IMG/VR virus record: IMGVR_UViG_3300049793_000366
Location: 186,001-250,000 of that record
Length of the DNA: 64,000 nucleotides
Reading direction: 5' to 3' (one strand)
Shown: positions 18,406-27,577 of the stretch, piece by piece
How positions within the stretch are numbered: the first letter of the stretch is position 1
Layout: every line of letters begins with the position of its first letter
The notes under the pieces: generated by a model
What the model was told of the DNA's origin: nothing
What the model saw: the letters and a program-made list of their open reading frames with translations, nothing else
Database searches by the model: none
Position numbers and translations under genes: made by a program

Positions 18406-19509
18406 ATGGTTATTCATAAATCAGGTGCTAAGTTTTCTTCAATCGTCACAATAGGCGAAAAATTAAAAAAATTAAGCACTGAATCAGGGCTAGAATATCT
18501 CTACTTAAATAGAGGTGTCAATGCCGTTTGTAATATCAATCTGAAATCTATAATTTCTAAAATTGATTTTAATTCTGCAAGAATTCAAACTTATCCACCA
18601 AATGCTGGATTCCCAGAACTACGCGAAGCGATAAACAAAGATTATTTCAACGGTGAGAGTAAAGCAGAAAATATCTATGTTGCTCCAGGTGGTATGTCTT
18701 GTTTGGATCTTATTCTAAAGACGTTAGACTTAAATACTTTATTTATTTCTAATTACTATTGGGGTTCTTATAAAGAATTAGCAACCGCACATAAATTAAA
18801 AGTATTAACATACGAAGGATTAACGGAGTTAGCTCCTGACAAGACTGGTAAGTATGAGAAGACTGCAATTGTTATTTGTGAGCCTAATAACCCAACTGGT
18901 GATAAACACAACGATGATTACTTATTTCACAATGTAGAAGCATTGTCTGACATGGGTATGACTGTTATTATCGATTGTCCTTATAGAAAGTTATTCTTTA
19001 GTGATTCTGAGTTCTACACTAAATTAATGGCTAATAAAAATGTTATTATAACTGAGAGTTTCAGTAAGTGTATGGGTTTATCCGGCCAGAGAATTGGATT
19101 TGTTCATTCTACAAATGAAGAGTTCAATAACGAGTTGAATATAAACATATTATATTCTACAAATGGTACGAATGCGTTTGCTCAAGAATTGGTATTAAAT
19201 CTATTAACGACAGAAGAAGGAAAAGCAGAAGTAACTAAGTTCAGAGAAAAAACTGCTGGTGACATTGCTAAGAATATTTCTTGGTTAAAAACTAATAACT
19301 TATTGTATGATAAGTTGTATGAGAATGATCCAATTGGTATCTTTGTCATAGTGAACAAGTCAACAGAGGAATTATTGAAGTGTAGAATTGGTAGTGTACC
19401 ATTAAGCGACTTCTGTAAAATGAGTGAGTGTCCGGATTATGCACGTATTTGTGTATCTGTACCACACGAAAAATTTGTATCATTTTTTAAGAATGTTATT
19501 AATATATAA
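18406..19509 (+). CDS. PLP-dependent aminotransferase class I/II
   Basis: YPPNAGFPELREAI, EPNNPTG, DCPY, SFSK (PLP lysine)...SGQRIG. Confidence 0.9.
   Translation: MVIHKSGAKFSSIVTIGEKLKKLSTESGLEYLYLNRGVNAVCNINLKSIISKIDFNSARIQTYPPNAGFPELREAINKDYFNGESKAENIYVAPGGMSCLDLILKTLDLNTLFISNYYWGSYKELATAHKLKVLTYEGLTELAPDKTGKYEKTAIVICEPNNPTGDKHNDDYLFHNVEALSDMGMTVIIDCPYRKLFFSDSEFYTKLMANKNVIITESFSKCMGLSGQRIGFVHSTNEEFNNELNINILYSTNGTNAFAQELVLNLLTTEEGKAEVTKFREKTAGDIAKNISWLKTNNLLYDKLYENDPIGIFVIVNKSTEELLKCRIGSVPLSDFCKMSECPDYARICVSVPHEKFVSFFKNVINI
19500..19508 (+). promoter_or_regulatory. Putative late promoter TAATATATA upstream of rpsU
   Basis: Exact motif 4 nt before ATG 19513. Confidence 0.55.
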
Positions 19510-19512
19510 CAC

Positions 19513-19710
19513 ATGATAATAATTAAAATTGAAGAAAGTGGTTCTCTTGAGAAAGCTTTAAAGAAGTATAAAAGAAAAGTTGATAAAGTCAAACAAGTAA
19601 GAGAATTACGCGATAGACAAACTTTTGAAAAACCTTCTGTTAAGAAAAGAGAGAAGAAGAAAAAAGCGATTTACATCACTGAAAAGGAAAGACAGGAAAA
19701 TTTAGATTAA
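19513..19710 (+). CDS. rpsU: 30S ribosomal protein bS21
   Basis: IKIEE..SLEKALKKYKRKV......ELRDRQTFEKPSVKKR pattern, 65 aa, basic. Confidence 0.92.
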   Translation: MIIIKIEESGSLEKALKKYKRKVDKVKQVRELRDRQTFEKPSVKKREKKKKAIYITEKERQENLD

Positions 19711-19791
19711 ATTTTCCTGTTAAACCTGTTTTAGAATGTTTTTTCACGATCCGATTTTCCATCGGGTATTTTATATTTATATATAAATTAT

Positions 19792-20046
19792 ATGAAAAAA
19801 CAGGTCGCAGCATTGATTAAACTATTAGGCATTACCGTCAATGAACTTGTGATGGATGTTGATTTAGAAGCATTTACATTCAATTCAATTGAATGGGTGC
19901 CGGAAGATAATAAAATCATATTACATATATGGTTTGATGTAGAAGATAACGATGGTGAGTTTGAATTAGATGTTGACTTTGATACTCTTTCAAATGAAGA
20001 CCAGAAACTAATATACAATACACTTGCAAAACTTTGTTTAAATTAA
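19792..20046 (+). CDS. Hypothetical acidic protein
   Basis: 84 aa ORF. Confidence 0.6.
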   Translation: MKKQVAALIKLLGITVNELVMDVDLEAFTFNSIEWVPEDNKIILHIWFDVEDNDGEFELDVDFDTLSNEDQKLIYNTLAKLCLN

Positions 20047-20052
20047 AAATAT

Positions 20053-20559
20053 ATGAAAAGGTTTACAGATAAATTAAATGAAAATACTAATGGCATGGGT
20101 GCTATTAGTTCTGCTAAATTCAAATTAGGATTAGACTTACACGGTGTAATCGATTCTATCCCTGAAACGTTCTCATTCTTAACCAATGCTATTGTAAACA
20201 ATGGTGGTGAAGTTCACATCATTACTGGTGGTTCTCTAACAGATAGTACTTATAATGAGAATATAACTGAGCAGTTAAAGAAATTAAACATTGCTTACAC
20301 TCACGTTTTCTCAATAAGAGATTATCACGATGAAGTTGGTACTGCTAAATTGGGTACTCACCCTAAGTATGGTTTTCCAACAATTGATGATGATACGTGG
20401 GATAGAACAAAAGGTTTGTATTGTAAGCATCACAAGATAAATTTACACATTGATGATACGTTGATGTATAATGAATTTTTCAATACACCATTTGCGAGAC
20501 TTTGGACGCATTCTAATACACCAAAGCCCGCACATAAGGATGTAAGACATCTTAACTAA
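20053..20559 (+). CDS. HAD-like hydrolase with capsid-targeting-like N-terminus
   Basis: LGLDLHGVID (motif I variant), HIITG, HIDD; starts MKRFTDKLNEN. Confidence 0.65.
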   Translation: MKRFTDKLNENTNGMGAISSAKFKLGLDLHGVIDSIPETFSFLTNAIVNNGGEVHIITGGSLTDSTYNENITEQLKKLNIAYTHVFSIRDYHDEVGTAKLGTHPKYGFPTIDDDTWDRTKGLYCKHHKINLHIDDTLMYNEFFNTPFARLWTHSNTPKPAHKDVRHLN

Positions 20560-20890
20560 AAGAGTTACCTCTACCTGATACCTTATCAGTATTCTTAGAC
20601 ATTATCCATCTATTTACTAATGTATATACTATAATCAATATTGATATAGTTAAAAGTAAGTTGAATGATGATACTCCTTCGACTCTGATTGTTTCACATA
20701 GCGTTCCTAAGAAACTTGTTACCCAGTTACCAATAACTGTTGCTATTATATGTGGCTTAACAATGATAGCCAACGCTACCACTGATGCTATAATTACTTT
20801 GCCCCATTTTGAGATAAATCTTCTGAATGAGAAGTCGCCACTTGCTGCATTTGCTATTAATGTTTCTTGATTCTTTCTTAAGTCTTTCAT
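20552..20890 (-). CDS. Hypothetical membrane protein
   Basis: Two hydrophobic segments. Confidence 0.6.
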   Translation of the reverse strand: MKDLRKNQETLIANAASGDFSFRRFISKWGKVIIASVVALAIIVKPHIIATVIGNWVTSFLGTLCETIRVEGVSSFNLLLTISILIIVYTLVNRWIMSKNTDKVSGRGNSFS

Positions 20891-21702
20891 TGTTTATATA
20901 ATCCATTTTGATTGAAGTACCAACCAGTTTTTTCAACTAGTTGTCTCCAATGTTCATCTTTCGTTACCATGTAACGTTCACCAGCTAACATCAATAGTGA
21001 TTTAAATTCATCTACTGATAATGACTTGTCTATTCTGTACTTTTCAAGTTGTTCATCTACTTGTGATAACTTATCTTCGTACTCTTGTATTTTAGATTCT
21101 AACTCAGTTTGGTATGCTTGTTCTGATTTACTTCTTGAACCTAATAGTGATTCTCTTTCAGTGATAATCTTTTCCAGCTTTTGTATTTCTAATTTCTTAG
21201 CATTTAACTCTTTCTCTTTAGTGTCGAGTTGTCTATCACGTTCATCGTTTTGTTGTCTCGCTTGTGTGTAGTATTTTTCCTTCTGTGAAAGTTCTGTCTC
21301 TCTTTGTTCTAATCTGGTAGACATATCATCCAGTAGTTGCTGTCTTTTATTTAACTCTGCTTCTAATGCAGTGTTGTTTGTCACCTTTTCGATAACCTTT
21401 TCAACTACTTTAGTTTCCACTTTAGCTTTTGATAGATAATTCTCTTCGATGTATGGAACTAACTTTCTACTTAAGATAGCTGGTGATGGTAGTTTACTCG
21501 CCTTCATATAGTCAAGTAAATCTTGCTTCCAGTCGATTGGTTGGAAGAACTCAGGATTATTATCAACTACATCAATATCTAACTTGTAGATGTCTCCCTT
21601 GATGTTTACCTTATAATCCTCTATAAGCAACTTTGCTTTTATTTGAACAACTCGCTTATCAGCGGTGATGTGTTGATAATCTTTTAATACTCTATGTTTC
21701 AT
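20887..21702 (-). CDS. Hypothetical coiled-coil protein
   Basis: Long E/K/Q/R-rich heptad region. Confidence 0.65.
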   Translation of the reverse strand: MKHRVLKDYQHITADKRVVQIKAKLLIEDYKVNIKGDIYKLDIDVVDNNPEFFQPIDWKQDLLDYMKASKLPSPAILSRKLVPYIEENYLSKAKVETKVVEKVIEKVTNNTALEAELNKRQQLLDDMSTRLEQRETELSQKEKYYTQARQQNDERDRQLDTKEKELNAKKLEIQKLEKIITERESLLGSRSKSEQAYQTELESKIQEYEDKLSQVDEQLEKYRIDKSLSVDEFKSLLMLAGERYMVTKDEHWRQLVEKTGWYFNQNGLYKQ

Positions 21703-21755
21703 TATTTAAACTTTTAAGTTTGTTTTTATATATTATATAGTTATTTTCCCTCAAA

Positions 21756-21998
21756 ATGTTTAATTGGTTTTGGTCAATATTTAAGAAAAGAGAAACTCCG
21801 GTTGAACAAGCAAGGAGATTGGGGAAGAAATACATCAAATTAACAAGAGCCACAACTGGTGAGCCTGTTATAAAAAACGGGCTAATGTTCGTTATTGACG
21901 TAGCCTCAGATACAATGGTGTATATCCCAGTTGAAGAGTACGAGCGTTATAATAAGACATTCTCAAGAGACCAGAAACTTAACTCTATTTTAGACTAA
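21756..21998 (+). CDS. Hypothetical protein with C-terminal RD tag
   Basis: 80 aa; ends SRDQKLNSILD. Confidence 0.6.
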   Translation: MFNWFWSIFKKRETPVEQARRLGKKYIKLTRATTGEPVIKNGLMFVIDVASDTMVYIPVEEYERYNKTFSRDQKLNSILD

Positions 21999-22070
21999 TC
22001 ATAATTTATTGTTCGGATTTTGAAAACTAATTATAAAATTTCTTTATAATTTAAAAAATAATTTTATATT

Positions 22071-23216
22071 ATGCCGACATTAGGATTAAGTCAAATTGTG
22101 AAGAATGAGGCTCACGTTATAGAAAGGATGTTGAAAACATTAGCTCCAATCTTGGATTATGTAGCTATCGTTGACACAGGTTCGACTGACGGGACACAAG
22201 ATATCATACGTAACTTTTGCAAAGAGAATAAAATAGAGTGTGAAGTTATCGATAGACCATTTGATAATTTTGAAAATTCAAGAAACGCTGCTATGCAACT
22301 TCTTGGACAAAAAACGGATTATGGTATCTGGCTTGATGCTGATGAGCAAATTGTTATAGATCCTAAATTCAATAAAAAATCTTTAGACAAGGATTTGTAT
22401 ATGATTACAACATATATTGGTCCTATGAAATATACTCGTAATGAGTTATGGAGTACTAAGAAGCCATTTCGTTGGTATGGTCCATGTCACGAATTTATCG
22501 TGTGTGACGACCAAAACATTACCTCTGGTATCATTGACGGTCTTACTGTACAAGTTCAGATGGATGGTGGTTCTTGGAAAGGTGATGTATCAGAAAAGTA
22601 TCGTAAACATTCTCAGTTATTTGAAGACTTTATTCAGACTGATAAGAACAGCCGTTGGTTATTCTATACAGCTCAATCTTTTCATGATTCTGCTTGTGTA
22701 CCAAATAACAAAACTGAAAACGATGAGAGATTAAGAAGGTCTATGTATTACTATAAAGAACGAGTTAATCGTGCTGATGGTTATGAAGAAGAAAGATACT
22801 ACTCACAATTTCGAGTTGGTACAATTATGATGACTCTTGAAGAGCCTTGGGCTAAGACACAACAGGAATTGTTGAAAGCTTATACAATGGATCCATTGAG
22901 AGCAGAAGCTATTAAAGTAATCATCGATTACTATCACCGCGTTGGTGAATGGCACATGGCTTATATGTATTCTAAATTTGCAAGAACTACATTTCACGGA
23001 AACAATCCTTATCCAAAAAAGATTTTATTCGTTGATGAACAGTTATACAACTGGAAGTTTTTAGAATCTCATGCCGCATCTTGTTTCTACACTGGTAGAA
23101 AAGAAGAAGCTAAATTAACATACCAAGAATTGGTAAAAGTTATGAGTCATAATCCTGGTTTCTTCGGAGAAGGGGATAAACAAAAGATTACAGCTAACGC
23201 TCAGTTTTTCATGTAA
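22071..23216 (+). CDS. GT2 glycosyltransferase with TPR-like C-terminus
   Basis: IVKNEA...VDTGSTDGT...WLDADE...HE; helical Y/A-rich repeats at the C-terminus. Confidence 0.88.
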   Translation: MPTLGLSQIVKNEAHVIERMLKTLAPILDYVAIVDTGSTDGTQDIIRNFCKENKIECEVIDRPFDNFENSRNAAMQLLGQKTDYGIWLDADEQIVIDPKFNKKSLDKDLYMITTYIGPMKYTRNELWSTKKPFRWYGPCHEFIVCDDQNITSGIIDGLTVQVQMDGGSWKGDVSEKYRKHSQLFEDFIQTDKNSRWLFYTAQSFHDSACVPNNKTENDERLRRSMYYYKERVNRADGYEEERYYSQFRVGTIMMTLEEPWAKTQQELLKAYTMDPLRAEAIKVIIDYYHRVGEWHMAYMYSKFARTTFHGNNPYPKKILFVDEQLYNWKFLESHAASCFYTGRKEEAKLTYQELVKVMSHNPGFFGEGDKQKITANAQFFM

Positions 23217-23578
23217 TGATTTATAAATGTGGAGTAATTAAATCACCGACAAGTGGAATATATTTATTTGTTCAGCAAGAAGGAGGGATATCTGATGGAT
23301 ATCCCCTTTCTGATGCTGAAGACATTTATATAACTTTAACGAATAGTCAAATAAGTGTTGGTGTGGTTGAGTTTCTTGATGGCACTGAGAATGTAGCATT
23401 TGAGGATGCTGTTGAAAATGACTTCAATAATATTTTTGTAAAAATAAATGACTATAAATTCGTTACCATTCAAAATGAGTTCGGTGAAGACGCAAACATA
23501 GTTCAAGTTATCGAAAACGGTGAATTTGAAAGTATGTTACAAGAACTATTTAATGATAATGAAATCTACGAAGGGTAA
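23216..23578 (+). CDS. Hypothetical protein
   Basis: 120 aa ORF coupled to the upstream gene. Confidence 0.6.
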   Translation: MIYKCGVIKSPTSGIYLFVQQEGGISDGYPLSDAEDIYITLTNSQISVGVVEFLDGTENVAFEDAVENDFNNIFVKINDYKFVTIQNEFGEDANIVQVIENGEFESMLQELFNDNEIYEG

Positions 23579-24131
23579 ATTAATCACCTTTATGGGCGCA
23601 CCAGCTAGTGGTAAATCAACACTAGCATCTGCTGTTCATACTGAGTTGAAGAGAAGAGGATTGAATTCTATTTTTGTGGGAGAAGCGGCTACTGATTATA
23701 TAGCTGAATATGGAATCCCTACAACACCAAGTGACCAAATGGTCATATTTTACAAGCAATTAAACAGAGAGCGTATGTATCTCGATTCTAAAGAGTATGT
23801 AGTATGTGATTCGAGTTCACTATTAAACTATTTTTATTTTAGAACATTGTATAATACGAAGTTATCCAATAAAGATATAGCTACTATAAATCATATACAA
23901 AAAGAAATATTAAAATCGACTAATAGTTGGGATAATATTTACTATGTACCACCTATTTCAACCAATACAGTAGATGGGATTAGATTTCACGATACCGAGC
24001 AGATATCCAAAATAGACAGATGGATTAAATCATATCTTGAATTGGAGCAAATACCACACATAGATATATCAAGCGTTAAGCTTAATGATAGAATCGAATG
24101 GGTAGTGGATGATATACTTAAGAAAGCCTAA
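23559..24131 (+). CDS. NadR-like / AAA_28 P-loop nucleoside kinase (start probably ATG 23559)
   Basis: GAPASGKSTLA Walker A; E.A..Y; CDSS; D.IYY.PP; DG.RF. Confidence 0.75.
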   Translation: MKSTKGKLITFMGAPASGKSTLASAVHTELKRRGLNSIFVGEAATDYIAEYGIPTTPSDQMVIFYKQLNRERMYLDSKEYVVCDSSSLLNYFYFRTLYNTKLSNKDIATINHIQKEILKSTNSWDNIYYVPPISTNTVDGIRFHDTEQISKIDRWIKSYLELEQIPHIDISSVKLNDRIEWVVDDILKKA

Positions 24132-24149
24132 TTAATATTAGGCTTTTTT
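24123..24149 (+). terminator. Rho-independent terminator
   Basis: aaagcctaat-taat-attaggctttttt. Confidence 0.8.
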
Positions 24150-24154
24150 GCTTT

Positions 24155-24163
24155 TAATATATA
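24155..24163 (+). promoter_or_regulatory. Putative late promoter TAATATATA
   Basis: Exact motif upstream of ATG 24183. Confidence 0.6.
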
Positions 24164-24182
24164 CTAAAACAATAAATTAATT

Positions 24183-24410
24183 ATGAAGAAATTTACACAA
24201 GTTCGCGAAGAAGTAGAAAGTAAGAAATTCTACCAAGCTAAAGCTGAAATAACATTACAAGTAACTGCTGAAAACGAAGGTGAGGCTGGATATTTGTTCG
24301 ATAGAGCATTGGGTTCTATTCAGGAGCAAGTTAATTTCACTCTTCAAAATATCGAAGAGATTCCTGCTTTAACTGAGAAGAAGACTGAAGAAGAAGGTTC
24401 AGCAGAGTAA
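24183..24410 (+). CDS. Small protein with capsid-targeting-like N-terminus
   Basis: MKKFTQVREEVE. Confidence 0.55.
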   Translation: MKKFTQVREEVESKKFYQAKAEITLQVTAENEGEAGYLFDRALGSIQEQVNFTLQNIEEIPALTEKKTEEEGSAE

Positions 24411-24866
24411 TTATGATTTAACATACCCAGTATCGGGTATGAGATGTTTTGATTTAGCGGCAGTTGTCGCTAATACATCACACCTATTATTCTCTACATT
24501 ACTTGCGTGTCCTTTAACCCAAACAAACTTAACATTATGTTGTTTGTATATGACTAAGAAGCGTTTCCAAAGGTCTGGATTTTTTACACCAGTGAAGTTC
24601 TTTTTTATCCATCCACCAATCCAGTTCTTCTCAACAGAATCAACTACATATTTAGAGTCGGAATAAACTGTTACGTTGTGACCACCTGGCTTTAAACATT
24701 CCAGTGCCGCTATCACTGATAGCAACTCCATTCTATTATTTGTTGTATATGTGAATCCCTGTGATAATTCTTTACGCTTATCACCTGAGATAAGAACTGC
24801 ACCATAGCCGCCTGGACCCGGATTTCCGCGTGATGAACCATCTGTATAAATTGTAACTTCTGCCAT
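24411..24866 (-). CDS. rnhA: Ribonuclease HI
   Basis: YTDGSSRGNPGPGGYG, TTNNRMEL, SDSKY, KNPDLW, WVKGH, NNRCD. Confidence 0.97.
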   Translation of the reverse strand: MAEVTIYTDGSSRGNPGPGGYGAVLISGDKRKELSQGFTYTTNNRMELLSVIAALECLKPGGHNVTVYSDSKYVVDSVEKNWIGGWIKKNFTGVKNPDLWKRFLVIYKQHNVKFVWVKGHASNVENNRCDVLATTAAKSKHLIPDTGYVKS

Positions 24867-24867
24867 T

Positions 24868-25755
24868 TTATTCGTCTATTGAGTTTTTTACTTTCCAGGC
24901 TTCGTATGTATTTAATATCAATCCTGATATAGTCATTGGACCAATACCACCTGGGACTGGTGTTATCCATGAGCATTTTTTAGAAACATTTTCGAAATCA
25001 ACATCACCAACAATTTTATCATCTACTTTGTTTATACCAACATCGATTATAATTGCACCATCTTTAATCATATCTGTTGTTAGAAATTTTGGTTTCCCAA
25101 CTGCTACGATAACAATATCTGCTCTTTTGGTTTCTTCGATTAAAAGCTCTCTGGGTGTGTTTATGTCACATGATGTAACAGTTGAACGTCCAATGTTAAA
25201 GTCGTTACCTAACATTATAGAAACAGGTTTACCGACTATATTAGAACGACCAATAACAACAACGTGTCTACCTTTTGTTTCAATTTGATAGTATTGAAGT
25301 AATTTTAAGATACCATATGCTGTAGCTGGTCTCATAGAACGTTGACCCATAGCCATCTTACCGAAGTTAAGAGGGTGAAATCCATCGATGTCTTTATTTG
25401 GATCTATTTCATTGATAATAGAATCAGCCGTTATGTGAATAGGTAAGGGTAATTGTACAATGAATCCATCAATAGAATGATTACTATTCAGTTTACGAAT
25501 TTCATTTAGTAACTCAATCTTAGTAATAGACTCATCGAATCTAATAAGCTGTGATTTTATATTTGCTTTCTCACACGCTTTTAATTTAGCCTTAACATAT
25601 GATTCACTCGCTGGATTATTACCAATTAACACAACAGCCATGCTAGGTGTTGTAGAAGTTAATCTATCACCTAATTGATTATTGTGAAATTCTATTTTAG
25701 CTTTCACCTCACTTATTAAATGATGCGAAACCGATTTACCATCTAGTAGATTCAT
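24868..25755 (-). CDS. folD: Methylene-THF dehydrogenase/cyclohydrolase
   Basis: SYVKAK, DGFIVQLPLP, KDIDGFHP, PATAYGI, VVIGRSNIVGKP, IIDVGIN, TPVPGGIGPMT. Confidence 0.97.
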   Translation of the reverse strand: MNLLDGKSVSHHLISEVKAKIEFHNNQLGDRLTSTTPSMAVVLIGNNPASESYVKAKLKACEKANIKSQLIRFDESITKIELLNEIRKLNSNHSIDGFIVQLPLPIHITADSIINEIDPNKDIDGFHPLNFGKMAMGQRSMRPATAYGILKLLQYYQIETKGRHVVVIGRSNIVGKPVSIMLGNDFNIGRSTVTSCDINTPRELLIEETKRADIVIVAVGKPKFLTTDMIKDGAIIIDVGINKVDDKIVGDVDFENVSKKCSWITPVPGGIGPMTISGLILNTYEAWKVKNSIDE

Positions 25756-26390
25756 TGGTCTAATTTATCCTTTAATTCTCTTAACTTATTTTCAAATATT
25801 AATTCATCGCGAGAGTTTGTGATACTGGATGCTACTAATAAATAGTCAGCTAATCCATTGTAGGATGCTATGTTATCAATAGATACACCAGAAGCAATTG
25901 CCATTGGATGATTACCTAAGAAAGAACGCAACTGTTGTATCTTAACTACTGTAGCCGCTTTACCTGTACCGGGACCGCTTGTTGTTGAAACATCAGTGGA
26001 TAGAATTGAATCTTTACACGCAGTTTCTAAATCAGTTGGTTGTGGTTGATATTTGAATGCTAATCCACCAAAGAATTGACCTCTGAATTCACGAATTGTA
26101 CTCGCTTCATATGGTGTAATACTTGAATCACACCATAAAGCATCAATTGGTATATCAAGTGCTAAAGCATCCATCGTAGATTTTCCTAATAGATTGACAC
26201 CGACCCAAATTTTATATTCTGATTTGATGTCTATTGCATTCTGAATAAGTCTCTCATGTACATCGGTTAGAGAGCTATTGTGGTCTATTAGAAATACTTT
26301 CTTTATACCACAAGATAAACAGGTCTCGATATTAATCTTAACCTGTTCGTCTGTTAGTTTATGTATTACTGGTATGATTTCAGTTTTCAT
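25752..26390 (-). CDS. BtpA/SgcQ-family TIM-barrel protein
   Basis: GVNLL, ALWCD, TTSGPGTG, IASGVS..N...Y...AD..LVASSI. Confidence 0.7.
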   Translation of the reverse strand: MKTEIIPVIHKLTDEQVKINIETCLSCGIKKVFLIDHNSSLTDVHERLIQNAIDIKSEYKIWVGVNLLGKSTMDALALDIPIDALWCDSSITPYEASTIREFRGQFFGGLAFKYQPQPTDLETACKDSILSTDVSTTSGPGTGKAATVVKIQQLRSFLGNHPMAIASGVSIDNIASYNGLADYLLVASSITNSRDELIFENKLRELKDKLDQ

Positions 26391-26559
26391 TCAATAAGAT
26401 ATTTAATGCGGTTTCTCTATTTTGCTTTGTTATGATTTCGTGTATTTGTTCTGTTGAACCACCTACATTATACCACTCTGATATTTGTTGACCCCAACCA
26501 TGCCTATCGGATTCATCCTTTATATAGACACTAAAGTTGGAAATGGTAGTTCTAATCAC
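26380..26559 (-). CDS. 59-aa hypothetical protein with C-terminal RE tag (below the ORF-track cutoff)
   Basis: GTG 26559 overlaps the upstream TAG; VIRTTISNFSVYIKDESDRHGWGQQISEWYNVGGSTEQIHEIITKQNRETALNILLNEN*; fills the gap in the operon. Confidence 0.6.
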   Translation of the reverse strand: MIRTTISNFSVYIKDESDRHGWGQQISEWYNVGGSTEQIHEIITKQNRETALNILLNEN

Positions 26560-26894
26560 TATCGAATAACTGTTTCGATATTCATGTCACGAATTTCTTC
26601 TTGTGTCATTGCTTTGTAGCGAGTCTCTTTGAACTCAAACGGAGCCGCGAAAGAAACTTTATCGAATTCAGAAGAATCGTGTGATGAATAATAACCTTCC
26701 ATTAAAACAAAAAGGTTTTCTTCCGGGAAAGAAAATGCAATGTTCCATTCATTACCGTCACCGTAGTGTTGGTCATAAACAACCTCGTGTTTGTTTTCCA
26801 TTTCATCATTTGAACCTTCATAATAAAGGTCTCTGAAAAATGATACGTTGTTCTTTTTAATCTTCTCGATTAGTTCTTGTCTTGTAAATTTCAT
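26559..26894 (-). CDS. Hypothetical protein with C-terminal RD tag
   Basis: GYYSSHD motif; ends EIRDMNIETVIR. Confidence 0.6.
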   Translation of the reverse strand: MKFTRQELIEKIKKNNVSFFRDLYYEGSNDEMENKHEVVYDQHYGDGNEWNIAFSFPEENLFVLMEGYYSSHDSSEFDKVSFAAPFEFKETRYKAMTQEEIRDMNIETVIR

Positions 26895-27576
26895 AATAGT
26901 TGTTTTTTGTTATCCAGAATTTCTTATTCCAGTTTGTTATTATATAATCTGCTAACCATATTGGGTGTAGCCGTGTTACTAAATCCATTTGTGCTTTGTG
27001 ATATGCTTGTCGATATGGTAGTTTATCACAATATCTCTCTACTGCTAATACATATGACTCTTCAAAGCACACAGCATCTTTTAATGATTCGCTTAATGCG
27101 TTGAATTTATCTTCACTTGGTACAACCCCATCCACTATATTTAAATATGCTGGTGTTGGATTAAATATTTTATGAAGGTCGTCATGTGGAATTTCCCTCT
27201 TCACATTATCATCAAAGAACTTATTCTCTTCTATTTCAAAATTAGTCCTTTGTTTACTGGTGTGTACAGATTTCCAATACTCTCTTAGTTCATTTAAAAA
27301 ACTTTTCTCAATTTCACATCCTTTTATTTGAAAGAAGCGAATGTCTGACATTGTTTTTGCCCACTGAATGTCGTAGATAGCGTGTGACACCTTGAGTGTA
27401 TAGAGTTCATTAGCAGTCATTTCCCTATTTGGCGCACATGGTATGTAATAGTACTCTTCTTGTCTATTCGATTTCTTTAATTCCGATTGGTCATTAGTTA
27501 CCCAGTCGAAATCTTTTGGATTTCTAAATTCAGGAAAAATCTTCTTAGTTAATTGTGAGCCAAATGGGTATAGCAT
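26857..27576 (-). CDS. Phage nucleotidyltransferase-like protein
   Basis: FGS...PKDFDW (GS/DxD), LYTLKVSH, FFDD.V.R...HDDLH. Confidence 0.55.
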   Translation of the reverse strand: MLYPFGSQLTKKIFPEFRNPKDFDWVTNDQSELKKSNRQEEYYYIPCAPNREMTANELYTLKVSHAIYDIQWAKTMSDIRFFQIKGCEIEKSFLNELREYWKSVHTSKQRTNFEIEENKFFDDNVKREIPHDDLHKIFNPTPAYLNIVDGVVPSEDKFNALSESLKDAVCFEESYVLAVERYCDKLPYRQAYHKAQMDLVTRLHPIWLADYIITNWNKKFWITKNNYYEIYKTRTNRED

Positions 27577-27577
27577 A

